47,880 nt of DNA. It comes from Desulfobacterales bacterium (GTDB lineage: Bacteria > Desulfobacterota > Desulfobacteria > Desulfobacterales > DTYH01). The position numbers and the translations under genes are program-made. The stretch's first letter is position 1; the number at the start of each line of letters is the position of its first letter. The notes beneath the pieces are model-generated. The model was not told the origin of the DNA, ran no database searches, and was given only the letters and a program-made list of their open reading frames with translations. This document shows positions 1 to 9,860 of the stretch, piece by piece. The DNA lies in NCBI GenBank assembly GCA_012961955.1, contig DTYH01000241.1:1-47880 (forward strand). Direction: 5' to 3'.

Positions 1-2
1 CC

Positions 3-1607
3 AAGATCATTGTTGAACTTAAGGACGGAGGACAAACGCTTATTCGGGTATCGGACAACGGGACAGGAATGGAACACAATGAAGCACTCCTATCCCTTGA
101 ACGGTATGCAACCAGTAAGGTATATCGAGACGAAGACCTTTTTACCATTGCGACGCTTGGCTTTCGGGGTGAGGCACTCCCCAGTATCGCCTCTGTCTCC
201 CATATGTGCATCATCACCAAAACAAAAAACAGCCTCTCAGGAACCAGAATCGTTGTTCAAGGAGGAAACATCAAGCAGGTCTCAGAAACAGGTGCTCCTG
301 AAGGAACCATGGTAGAGGTGTCTCACCTCTTTTCTAATACTCCTGCCAGACGTAAGTTTCTAAAAACCTTAAAGACAGAGTTAGGTCATATCACAGATTG
401 CGTAACCAAAATAGCCCTGGCATACCCTCAGATCCACTTTAGAATTATTCACAATAGTAGGGTTATTGGGAACTGGCCCGCAGTAGGAGAACCCCTCCAA
501 CGAATTGTAGATATTTTAGGTCTCTCTGTTCGAGATCAGTTGTTCCCATTGGACTACCAGAAAGACCTCCTCAAGATAACCGGGGCTGTAGCCGCACCCG
601 GCATTAGCCGGTCCACGTCTCGTTCTGTCAATGTCTTTATCAATGGCCGTACTGTAACAGAAAGACTAATCGAAAAGGGGATCCAGAAGGCTTACCACGG
701 CCGTCTCCTAAAGGGCAAGTTTCCACTTGCTGTAATATTTGTTTCCCTCCCTTTTGACCAGGTAGATGTTAATGTTCACCCTACCAAGAGCGTGGTACGT
801 TTTGAAGACCCGAAACTGGTTCACGATGCCGTTGTTGATGTTGTAACTAAGACTCTGGAAATCTATGGCCGTCCCTACGTGAAAGAAGCGAAAGCACAGG
901 AAGGGGTGACAACACACTCCTCTTACATGAGACCTTCCATTTCAGGATCCCCCATCTTGACTCTCAGGGAATCCGAAAACGGGATAGAGAAATCTGGCCA
1001 GGCCCCACTCTTTCCAGACACAGGGCTTTCCTCACTTCAGGTGATTGGCCAGGTCTCGAATACGTATATCCTATGCGAATCTTCTACTGGCCTAGTCCTG
1101 ATCGATCAGCATGCAGCCCATGAAAGGATACTCTTTGAATCGTTAAAGGTTGCCTATAGGAATTCTGACATTCCTATTCAACAGCTTTTAGTCCCGGAAA
1201 TATTAGAGCTGAACTTCAGGGAATCTGATATCCTGGACTCAGTAAGAGGAGATCTTCAAGGTCTGGGGCTGGAAATGGAACCGTTTGGGTGGAGAACCTA
1301 CCTTATAAAATCGGTCCCTTCCATCCTAATAAATAGAGAAATCGGTCCATTGATCAAGGAGATATCAGAGCTCGCTGATGAAATACAGTGTTCATCAGAT
1401 TTTGAGACCCTTCTTGCGGAATGTTTCAAGATCATGTCATGCCATGGGGCTATCCGTGCTAATCAGGAGCTGCGTAAAGAGGAAATGGAAGCCCTCCTCA
1501 AACAGCTCGACAGGCTGGAAAACCCGTCTCACTGCCCACATGGGCGTCCAACCTGGATAATCTGGACCATGCGCAGGATTGAAAAGGAATTCAAAAGATT
1601 GCTTTGA
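3..1607 (+). CDS. mutL: DNA mismatch repair protein MutL, 5'-truncated by the window edge
   Basis: Frame 3 is open from the window edge (KIIVELKDGGQTLIRVSDNGTGM...) and runs into track ORF 69..1607. MutL motifs: FRGEALPSI, endonuclease motif DQHAAHERILFE, C-terminal CPHGRP. Stop TGA at 1605-1607. Confidence 0.92.
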   Translation, partial: KIIVELKDGGQTLIRVSDNGTGMEHNEALLSLERYATSKVYRDEDLFTIATLGFRGEALPSIASVSHMCIITKTKNSLSGTRIVVQGGNIKQVSETGAPEGTMVEVSHLFSNTPARRKFLKTLKTELGHITDCVTKIALAYPQIHFRIIHNSRVIGNWPAVGEPLQRIVDILGLSVRDQLFPLDYQKDLLKITGAVAAPGISRSTSRSVNVFINGRTVTERLIEKGIQKAYHGRLLKGKFPLAVIFVSLPFDQVDVNVHPTKSVVRFEDPKLVHDAVVDVVTKTLEIYGRPYVKEAKAQEGVTTHSSYMRPSISGSPILTLRESENGIEKSGQAPLFPDTGLSSLQVIGQVSNTYILCESSTGLVLIDQHAAHERILFESLKVAYRNSDIPIQQLLVPEILELNFRESDILDSVRGDLQGLGLEMEPFGWRTYLIKSVPSILINREIGPLIKEISELADEIQCSSDFETLLAECFKIMSCHGAIRANQELRKEEMEALLKQLDRLENPSHCPHGRPTWIIWTMRRIEKEFKRLL

Positions 1608-1997
1608 GTTTCTATCCTCTTTCTGTTGCCGTCCTGTTGATTTTTTTTGTCTTTACATAACGGTATTTTTAAGATATAAGTTATTTCCATTTCTACATTT
1701 TCAACAATCTAATCTAGAGTTCATCCATTGATAACCTGTTAGAGGATAGGACACAAAATAAGTTTCCAATTCATAAATGAGGGATTCTTTAGATCCGCAA
1801 GACCGCACACACGTTTTTGTTGAGATCTACGTATAGCAGGCTGCAGATGAAAACCCGCGGCCATCGGCTCCACTTATCTCAGGGGCATAGGCTCTCTGCG
1901 AGCCAGGGACTGGGAACTCCGCCTCAGAGCAGGAGCGGAGCCAGTCGGAAGAAGAACCGTTTTATGGATGGAAACCGATCTAAGAAGGAGGTAGGGG

Positions 1998-2303
1998 ATG
2001 TTAGACTTGGTGAAGAAAGGTTTTTTATTGGGCCTTGGGGCAACTATGCTGACCAAAGAACGGGTGGAGAAATTAGCAGATGATCTCGTAAAGAGAGGGA
2101 AGTTAACCACAGAGGAAGCAAAAAAGATAACCAAGGATTTCTGGGAAGAGACAAAAAGAGACATAGAATCGGTTCAACACAAGGGCAAAAAAGAGATAGA
2201 GAGGCTTTTCGCCAGTTTTGATATTGTGACGAGGGCGGAGTTTGATATGCTGGAAAAGAGAATCAAGGAACTGGAGGAGGCCCTGAAAAGTCGGGATGAA
2301 TAG
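1998..2303 (+). CDS. Phasin-like coiled-coil protein (COG3937-type)
   Basis: 101-aa ORF with AAGGAGG 7 nt upstream of the ATG. Charged helical sequence (LGLGA..TKERVEKLADDLVKRGKLTTEEAKK) typical of small phasin-like proteins found next to ubiB. Confidence 0.6.
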   Translation: MLDLVKKGFLLGLGATMLTKERVEKLADDLVKRGKLTTEEAKKITKDFWEETKRDIESVQHKGKKEIERLFASFDIVTRAEFDMLEKRIKELEEALKSRDE

Positions 2304-2602
2304 TACAGTCTTGTATTAACCCTACAACGCCATTTGCCGATCTTGCCCCTAAATGCACCAGCTCTTCTTCTAACAAGGCTACAATATATTACACAAGATC
2401 GACTAAGTCAGATAGTAGGGTTAATGTCTTCTCCGTCCTTTAAAGCGCATGTTAACTGCCTTCGGAGGAAGCGCATGATCTATCGGCGTCTTCTTGTGTA
2501 TAGATTAACAAGTACTCGCCTCGAAATGAGGCTTTTCTTTGCTCCAACCCTTTGTGGCTCTTTTATTTTGTCTATGCGGACTGTAAAGAATCTCTCGTAA
2601 TA

Positions 2603-2710
2603 ATATCAGTACTACACCGTCACTTTTTGACGTTATTCCCGCGAAGCCGGGCATTCAAAATCCTAGCCGCATTGAAAACAGGGTAGATTCCCGCTTTCGC
2701 GGGAATGAGA
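2603..2710. repeat. Dispersed repeat family A, copy A1
   Basis: actacaccgtcactttttgacgttattccc..caaaatcc..attgaaaacagg..gattcccgctttcgcgggaa recurs at 15255-15405. Ends in a perfect hairpin ATTCCCGC-TTTC-GCGGGAAT (2687-2706). Confidence 0.8.
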
Positions 2711-2974
2711 TTAGAAAATAACCATCTCATATAATTTGGGTTGAATTTCAGCTAGTCAGCCGTTAAATGCTGCTGTAGTGTTAGGAAAGAATTTAAAGCC
2801 GCCTACTGAGTTGAGCTCTCCTTGAAAGTTGAACGACGTAAGAAATACTCACCGTTTCCCAGGCTTGGCAACAGTAAACCCCGTTAAGATAGGGTTCCCC
2901 TCGAGAAATTTGACGGGGTGAAAAGAAAGACTTGCTCCTTGGGGAGCAAAACAAAAAAAGACCTCTGCTTTTTT

Positions 2975-4639
2975 ATGGAAAAACCTTTACTTGAAATAAA
3001 ACCCATACGGAACATTGCTCGATTCAAGGATATCGTAGGAATATTGTTCAAGTATGGGTTTGATGGTTTAGTGGAAAAGCTTGGATTACCAGGCAGCTAT
3101 CTTATTAAGAAGTTTACCAAGATAGAGCGGGGTCTAACCATATGGGAAAGGATACGTTTTGCTCTGGAAGACCTTGGCCCCACATACGTAAAGTTCGGTC
3201 AGATATTGAGCATGAGGCCCGACTTAATCCCTCCTGGATTAATTCACGAATTAAGAAAGCTGAGAGAGAGTGTTCATCACGAAGATTTTGATGCAATACG
3301 GGAGATGGTGGAAGAATCATTGAAGATAAGATTAGATGACGTATTCGAATCTTTTGAGGAGCTTCCAATAGCTGCGGGTTCGCTTGCCCAGGTTCACAGA
3401 GCCATCCTGAAAAAAGAGAAGAAAGAAGTAGCCGTTAAGGTTCAAAGACCCCACATTAAAAGGATTATAAAATCTGACCTAGACATCTTGCAAACCATAG
3501 CCAAAATGGTTCATGATAGGGTAGAAACCCTCCAGCCATACAACATCCCCGGAATAGTCCAGGAGATTGAAAGACATTTATCAAGAGAGATCGATTTCAT
3601 TAACGAGGCCACTAATATTCAAATCTTTAAACAGAATTTTGCCTTGGTAACTGATGTCCACGCCCCTGATATATATATCGAATACACATGCCCGACTGTT
3701 CTTACCATGGAATTCATAGATGGAGAAAAGATAGAAGACATAGGAGGGGAAGAGAGAAAAGAACGACTGGCCCGCAGGGGCGTAGAGATTGTCCTAAAGC
3801 AGATACTAATTGACGGTTTCTTTCATTCCGATCCTCATCCGGGGAATATCCGGATCTTAGAAGGAGATGTCATATGCTTTCTGGACTGGGGGATGGTTGG
3901 AAGGCTAACCACCGAGATGAGATACCTTCTGGTGGACTTTATCAAGGCTCTTGCCTACAGGAACGGGAAGAAACTATTGAAGACCCTCATCTCCATGTCG
4001 GCGTCTGTCCCTCCTCTCCTTGATGAAGCTGCTTTACAGACCGAAACCCTTTTCTTGATGGACAGACTCCATTCCCGCCTTAACAAAACGGTCAATGTAG
4101 GAAGGTTCTTGACCGAACTGGTTAATCTGCTCCGGCAGCATCGGGTTGAACTGCGACCGGATTACGTGTTTATGATAAAGGCATTGGTCGCGATAGAGGG
4201 GACTGGAAGAGAGCTTTGGGCCGATTTTGATGCGATCAATGAACTCAAGCCGCTCATCACCAAGGTTACCTTCCTGCGGATGAACCCGTTTGCGGCTGAA
4301 GCCATGTTCCTGGGAAAGTTAGCCGAATCATTAAAGCTTATAGTGAACCTACCTGAAAAGGTGGAAAGCCTGATCAAACACATTGAGGGTGGGAAACTTA
4401 CCCTAGAGGTTCACCATAGGGGCCTAGAGGGCACAAACTGGACCTTGCATGTTGTGGGAAATCGAATCGCATTTGGCCTAATCATAGCCGCACTGATAAT
4501 AGGCTCATCCATGGTTATCACTTCAGGTATCGGCCCTTTCCTTTTCGGCTACCCCATCTTTGGTATTGCTGGATACGTATTTTCAGGAGTACTCGGTATC
4601 TGGCTGGTGATTCATATGATCCTCCGTAGGAACTTATAG
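2975..4639 (+). CDS. ubiB: ABC1/UbiB-family atypical kinase
   Basis: Track ORF 2918..4639. ABC1 kinase-like motifs (GPTYVKFGQILSMRPDL, AAGSLAQVHRA, FFHSDPHPGNI) and C-terminal TM helices. ATG 2975 is preferred over the GTG 2918 extension; neither has a strong RBS. Confidence 0.88.
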   Translation: MEKPLLEIKPIRNIARFKDIVGILFKYGFDGLVEKLGLPGSYLIKKFTKIERGLTIWERIRFALEDLGPTYVKFGQILSMRPDLIPPGLIHELRKLRESVHHEDFDAIREMVEESLKIRLDDVFESFEELPIAAGSLAQVHRAILKKEKKEVAVKVQRPHIKRIIKSDLDILQTIAKMVHDRVETLQPYNIPGIVQEIERHLSREIDFINEATNIQIFKQNFALVTDVHAPDIYIEYTCPTVLTMEFIDGEKIEDIGGEERKERLARRGVEIVLKQILIDGFFHSDPHPGNIRILEGDVICFLDWGMVGRLTTEMRYLLVDFIKALAYRNGKKLLKTLISMSASVPPLLDEAALQTETLFLMDRLHSRLNKTVNVGRFLTELVNLLRQHRVELRPDYVFMIKALVAIEGTGRELWADFDAINELKPLITKVTFLRMNPFAAEAMFLGKLAESLKLIVNLPEKVESLIKHIEGGKLTLEVHHRGLEGTNWTLHVVGNRIAFGLIIAALIIGSSMVITSGIGPFLFGYPIFGIAGYVFSGVLGIWLVIHMILRRNL

Positions 4640-5204
4640 ACTAGATCGGAACTGTCACCATCGTCGATTTGACTCTTGAGATTGAATAAATACTTCAACC
4701 ATCCCGTGAGAGTTTTGTAACCGTTCCCCTGAATTTAACACTCTGGCTCCCTGAAAAAATTGATCTGCGTACCATGTTGGCTTTCTGCAATTGAAGGGCA
4801 GCCATGGATAAATTTTTTAGGAGCATGGCACGAAAAAGGCCTGCCTGCCTCGCGCGTTAGCAGGACGAGGGTCTGAGAGAAAGCAACAACGGCACAAACA
4901 TTTAGCATGGCCTCCGGTCTCTCTAAGTTGTTAGCTCTTACGAGCAGGAAACCTTAACGCCTGCACCCCGGGGGGAAATGTGCCATGAATACAATACACA
5001 GAAGCGCCAAGGCAAATATCATCGCGTGCGTGTCAAGCAATGTTTGAGGCACTCGAAAGTAACAGGGACAATGCAGTTGTTTTACCTGCTGTTTAAAAGA
5101 ATACATCGATGACTACTTAATAAGGTATTAGCGCCTATATGGATACACTTTCGTCATAGCAGTTAGGGTCATACGTTTTAAAAAAATTGTACGAGGAGGC
5201 TCTT

Positions 5205-6359
5205 ATGAATTCTGGACAAGATCAGGAAAGAGTACGATGTGCTTCCCTCAAAGAACAAATCCATTAATAGGTGGAAAGAGGAAGGGAAGAAGGTATTTGG
5301 GTACATGTGTACCAATATCCCAGAGGAACTGATCTATGCTGCTGGCATTCTTCCAGTCAGACTGACAGGAAAGCCTGTGGATATTGTGGAAGCGAACAAA
5401 CACCATGCGATCTATATGTGCCACCATGCACGGAGTGTGATGGAAGTGGGGCTCTTGGATGAATATGAGTGCCTGGACGGAATTGTGAACGCCTACGGCT
5501 GTGAAGGTTCCTGTAACATATTTCAGGTTTTAGGATTGGTATTAGCTTTTGATTTTTTCTTGAATTTCTTCGTATCCCCCATAATGCTCGGACAAACTTG
5601 GCTCAAAGGTTCTATATGCAGGAGCTACAGATCTTTAAGCAAAGGCTGGAAAAATACATAGGACACGAGATTACCAATGAAGATATCCCTGATGCTATCG
5701 ACATCTATAACGAAAATAGGCAGTTGTTGAGGGAACTCTATGACCTTAGAGGCCTTGAGGATTATCCGCTTATTTCAGGGAGGGAAACAGGGGGGGTGCT
5801 CTACTGGGTTAATGCCAGCCCTAAGGATAAGGCCAACGAGACTTTAAAGGCCTGCCTTTATTTCGAAATTAAGGGAACGAGGTGACAAACACGAATTCTC
5901 AGGGCCTAGAATCCATATCTCGGTATGATCCCGGATTTAGAAATTTATGAACAGATAGAAGAGCTGGGTGGTATGGTCGTATCTGATGACCTTTGCCTTG
6001 GTTCCCGATACTTCTGGGACGAAGCGACCCGAACATACAATCCCCTTTTTGGACTGGCAAGGCATCGTCTGGAATGTATCCCATGCTCGTGCATGTGTTC
6101 GGAAAAGGTGGCAGAGGATCGACTGGCCCATATTATAAATCTAACAAAGAGATACAGAGTAGACGGTGTAATCTTTGCAACGTACAAATGGTGTGATCCT
6201 ATACAAATGGATCGACCTGACATGATGAGAGAACTGGAGAACGAAAACATCCCCGTTCTTTCTGTGGAGATGGAAAAAATATTTGGTGCCGCCCAACAGA
6301 GGACTCGTCTGGAGGCCTTTTTTGAATCTAGGAGGTTGATGCCATGGCTGAAAAGGTAA
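5205..6359 (+). pseudogene. Decayed BcrB/BadE-HgdB family gene (benzoyl-CoA reductase / 2-hydroxyacyl-CoA dehydratase subunit)
   Basis: One ~385-codon gene split over track ORFs 5239..5661, 5598..5885 and 5925..6359. ATG 5205 has GAGGAGG upstream but hits TAA at 5265. Frame switches lie near 5239-5265, in the T6 run 5553-5558, within 5848-5883 and near 5917-5926. Family motifs are readable across frames (WKEEGKKVFGY..PEELIYAAGILPVRL; GPRIHIS..IPDLEIYEQIEELGGMVVSDDLCLGSRYF). Confidence 0.75.
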
Positions 6360-7626
6360 AGACTGACAAATCGGTAAAGTATTTAAGCACAACCAAGGAA
6401 GTATACCCCATGGTCAAGGCGTATTATGAGGAGGCTGAAAGGGTGAAGAAGGATCATTCCAAGGCCGTTGTGTGGTTGACTGGCGCTGGAATTGTAGGTT
6501 TGACACGGGTTTATGAAGATGTCCTTCCTGTGTATCCGGAAAATTTTAATGCCTACTGCGCGGCCAAGCAGATCACGCCTGACCTTCTTGAGATTGCAGA
6601 GGGTGCGGGTTATGCCCATAATCTGTGTGGCTATTTTCGCAACTGCTATGGGTATATGTTAGGCGGGAAGGATCTGCCTTTAGGGTTTGCGGGGGGTGGA
6701 ATGCCTGATCCAGACATGCTGATTGCCGACAGCGGGTCGTGTATGGTCCACCTCAAATGGTGGCGACAGATGTAGCGGTTTTATAATTATAAGGTCCCAA
6801 CCTACATCTTTGAAACCCCTTACGTTCCTCCCCGCATGTCCTACAAGGAGGTGGAGGATCATTATCTGGAATACGTGGTTGCCCAGATCAAGGAATGCCT
6901 GGAATTTATTGGCACTGTCCTGGGAAAAAAGCTGGACGAAGACCGACTCAGAGAGGTTGTAAGGCTTTCAGATAAACCCGCAGAGCTGTTTGACGAGGTG
7001 CAGGAGTTGAGAAAAGCTGCTCCCTGCCCTGCTGGTTCAGAAGATATTCTCTCCTGTATCATGCCCATGGTCAGTGGCCAGGGAGTCAGGCTGCTGTCGA
7101 TTTTTATACAAAGCTAGGGGATGAAGTTAAAGAGAAGGTAGACCAGGGAAAAGGGGTAGTGTCTGAAGAAAGGTTCCGCATACTCTTTGATAATATACCC
7201 CCCTGGTTCACGCTGGGGATATTCAATTACCTTCATAAATTTAATGCTGTAAGTGTGCACGAAACATATACATACTACTTCCACATGGATGGTCACAGGA
7301 TGGACACTGACAGACCGTACGAGGGCTTGGCGCGAAAGTATCTTTCTTCCTGCTGGTTCACGAAATCGGTCAAAGAGACGATCTACGATTTGGTGGCAAA
7401 GAAGGTCGTCGATTATGACATAGACGGTGTTATCTCTTATATCCTCTATGGTGGCAAGATTTCGAGTGGCTTCATGCCTGAACAGAGAAATATTATAGAG
7501 GTAGAGTATGGAGTGCCTTCCCTCCTCCTTAAAGGTGACATGGTAGACCCGCGGGATTATCAGGATGCTCAGGTGAAGAACAGAATCGATGCCTTCTTTG
7601 AGATGTTGGACAAGAAAAAGAAATAA
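6344..7626 (+). pseudogene. Decayed BcrC/BadD-HgdA family gene (partner subunit)
   Basis: Track ORFs 6344..6775 and 6836..7117 share a frame, interrupted by TAG 6773-6775 (KWWRQM*RFYNYKVPTYIFETP). A -1/+1 shift near 7072-7080 links to ORF 7159..7626; frame 1 reads WPGSQAAVDFYTKLGDEVKEKVDQGKGVVSEERFRILFDNIPPW. Confidence 0.75.
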
Positions 7627-8052
7627 AGACTCCGCTAATTATCGAAATCTGTCATTTTGGATATCTCTCTGCGATGCTTGGGGTCGCGTAGCGTCTTAGC
7701 GTCTTTAGGAGGTTTTCTTTTTTTTCGGTCCTCCTACATATGAGTTGGTAAAATATAAGGATTCAAGGGTTTCCGTAAAATATTTAACAATTAATCTAAT
7801 GGAAGAAACAAGCAACTAAAATCCTTTATGATTTGATAATGCTTGTAAGGTGGGGGTTTTACGCCCCGATCTGGGTGAAATATAAAAAGTCACCCTACGT
7901 TTGGTTTTGCTCATAATAGAGAGGATTGCTCAATGCACTTCTATGATCCTTGGAAAACAGACACTCGAATCGTGGAATCCTCGAATCCTTTGTCACGAAC
8001 CAACTGGGGGGGAGAGCCTTTGTTTGTAACATTTTAGGTTCATACAATTTAA

Positions 8053-9852
8053 GTGAGTACATTGCATATTATCTCAACCCCGCACCAACTCCTTTATTTC
8101 GGTTTGTTGCTCCTTTCTGCACTTCTCATGGGCAAGTTGTTTGCCCGCTTAGGTGCAGGAGAGATTGCTGGGCAGATCCTGGGAGGTCTTTTGATCAACC
8201 CTTACTTTCTGATGCGATTAGGATTTGCCTCAAGAGAGTATCAACAGGCCTTCGGGAGTTTTAAGTTTTTGATGTTTGCAGTCTTTTCGCTCATAGTCTT
8301 TGGACTGGGTGAAGAGATGCACATTGAACGCATGAAAAAAGCAGGAAGAGACACATTTGCCATATCTATTATCCAGGTAACACTCACCTTTTCATTGATT
8401 TCTATTCTATTCTTCCTTGTCGGCACTTCATTGATCCTTTCCCTTATAATTGGAACTGTCGGTGTGGCTACCGCCCCGGCTGCACTCTTTATACTCATAA
8501 AGACGATGGGAATTGAAGGCGATCTTCGATACAAGACAGGTAACATCGTGGTACTGAGTAATGTTATTCAGGTCATAATGTTCTCAATATTTCTACAGAT
8601 CGCCTCAGATGCAGAAACAGGGAAGATTCTTATACCGGCTAAGATTTTAGGTGTAATGTTCAAAGAGATGGGCTTGGCTGTCATAGTCGGGATGATCATT
8701 TTTGGTGTGTTAAAACTTGCTGTAAAAGATATAAAGCTAGAAGCGATGCCCACACCCAGTAGCGACAAAACGGGTCTGGGCTTCTTACGGTTTATCTTTG
8801 AAGATACACCCACTCCGTCGCTGGAAATATTCCTTTTGATTCTTGGGCTAATCTGTGCCGGGTCGGCAATTGCGTGGAGTTTGGGATTGCCCTTTTTGAT
8901 CACTAGCCTAACAGCTGGCGTACTAGTAGCAAATTTTCATTCGCGGCGCGTGTTTGATTCTCTCTTTATCGGGAACGTCACTCCGCTGCTCAATCTCATT
9001 TTTTTTGCTTTGGTTGGAGCCAGTCTAAGATTAGATGCCTATAATTTTAAGATATTATTCTACGTGTTACTCTATGTCATTGGTAGGGCTGTAGGGAAGT
9101 TCATTGGTACGAGGATCGGTTGCAAGATAACTCAACAGGACTTAAAAATAACTAAATGCTTACCTATGCTTATGCTTCCTCAGGCCGGCCTGGCTGCCGT
9201 TCAGGTAGCATTTATTGGTATGGCTTTATCCGAAGGAGAGTTCATTTTTCAAATAGTCATTCCAGCCATGATCGTTTTTGAAGTAGGGGGGATTCTGGCA
9301 TCAGAACATGCACTAAAACGATGGAAATCATGGGTCATTGGCGAGGAAAGAATACTGAAGGGGGAGGGAGTTTTAGAGAAAGAAAGGTCGCTGTTAAGTT
9401 CTACTCTAAAAGAGAACAATATAAAGATTCCCTTGATAGGTACGGACAAGATTCAGGTAATAAACGAAATGCTAGATTGTTTAGTGGATAACGGAGAAAT
9501 TGAGAAGAAAACAAAGGATTATCTCTTTAATGAAGTGATTCAAAGAGAAAAAATACAGTCAACCGGGATCGGGGATGGGATTGCAATACCACACACAAGG
9601 AGTGAATTAGTAGACAGATTGATCTGTGCTTTGGGTATAAAAAAGGATGAAGGTATTAGTTTCAATTCGATAGACGGAATCCCGGTGAATATCCTGTTCC
9701 TTTTTATCTCTCCTGAAAAAGAGACAGGTGCTCACCTCAAGCTGTTATCAGAGATCTCATTTGTCTTGAGAAAAAGAAAGAATCGAGAATTGCTAAAAAA
9801 CATGACCAAAAGAGAAGAGGTGTACAATTTTTTCCGAAATATCAAGATATGA
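8053..9852 (+). CDS. CPA2-type cation/H+ antiporter fused to a C-terminal PTS EIIA (Ntr/fructose type) domain
   Basis: 599-aa ORF. About 12 TM helices with Na_H_Exchanger-like N-terminus (LLLSALLMGKLFARLGAGEIAGQILGGLLINP). C-terminal ~150 aa carry the EIIA-2 signature STGIGDGIAIPHTRS with the phosphorylatable His. Confidence 0.8.
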   Translation: MSTLHIISTPHQLLYFGLLLLSALLMGKLFARLGAGEIAGQILGGLLINPYFLMRLGFASREYQQAFGSFKFLMFAVFSLIVFGLGEEMHIERMKKAGRDTFAISIIQVTLTFSLISILFFLVGTSLILSLIIGTVGVATAPAALFILIKTMGIEGDLRYKTGNIVVLSNVIQVIMFSIFLQIASDAETGKILIPAKILGVMFKEMGLAVIVGMIIFGVLKLAVKDIKLEAMPTPSSDKTGLGFLRFIFEDTPTPSLEIFLLILGLICAGSAIAWSLGLPFLITSLTAGVLVANFHSRRVFDSLFIGNVTPLLNLIFFALVGASLRLDAYNFKILFYVLLYVIGRAVGKFIGTRIGCKITQQDLKITKCLPMLMLPQAGLAAVQVAFIGMALSEGEFIFQIVIPAMIVFEVGGILASEHALKRWKSWVIGEERILKGEGVLEKERSLLSSTLKENNIKIPLIGTDKIQVINEMLDCLVDNGEIEKKTKDYLFNEVIQREKIQSTGIGDGIAIPHTRSELVDRLICALGIKKDEGISFNSIDGIPVNILFLFISPEKETGAHLKLLSEISFVLRKRKNRELLKNMTKREEVYNFFRNIKI

Positions 9853-9860
9853 CATCTGTC

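Noticed and set aside
1830-1960. A GC-rich, hairpin-rich stretch upstream of the phasin-like gene with a C-GGAA-G tetraloop-like motif could be an SRP/4.5S RNA.
   Set aside because: The conserved domain IV context (AGGUCC-GGAA-GGAAGCAGCC) is not present in the right order, and no convincing long closing helix exists.
2334-2600. 88-aa ORFs at 1817..2083 and 2334..2600, a 62-aa ORF at 19613..19801, and an 85-aa ORF at 46210..46467.
   Set aside because: They lie in intergenic or repeat-containing DNA (46210..46467 spans repeat D2; 1817..2083 overlaps the phasin-like gene start), and they have no RBS and no recognisable sequence.
4826-4840. TGGCAC-GAAAA-AGGC upstream of the decayed bcr/hgd-like genes looks like a sigma54 -24/-12 element.
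   Set aside because: The GG-N10-GC spacing fits, but the -12 region (AGGC) departs from TTGC(A/T) and the site is ~370 nt from the start. That is too weak to call.
5883-5885. The in-frame TGA ending track ORF 5598..5885 could have been another selenocysteine codon.
   Set aside because: The homologous sequence continues in a different frame here (…SKLRERGDKHEFSGPRIHIS…), a TAG follows 8 codons later in the original frame, and the gene has several other frame disruptions. This is decay, not recoding.
6773-6775. In-frame TAG codons here and at 23081/23162 might indicate pyrrolysine or TAG reassignment.
   Set aside because: TAG serves as the normal stop of intact genes in the window (phasin-like 2301-2303, ubiB 4637-4639). 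No pyl genes or methylamine methyltransferases are present, and the affected genes also carry frameshifts.
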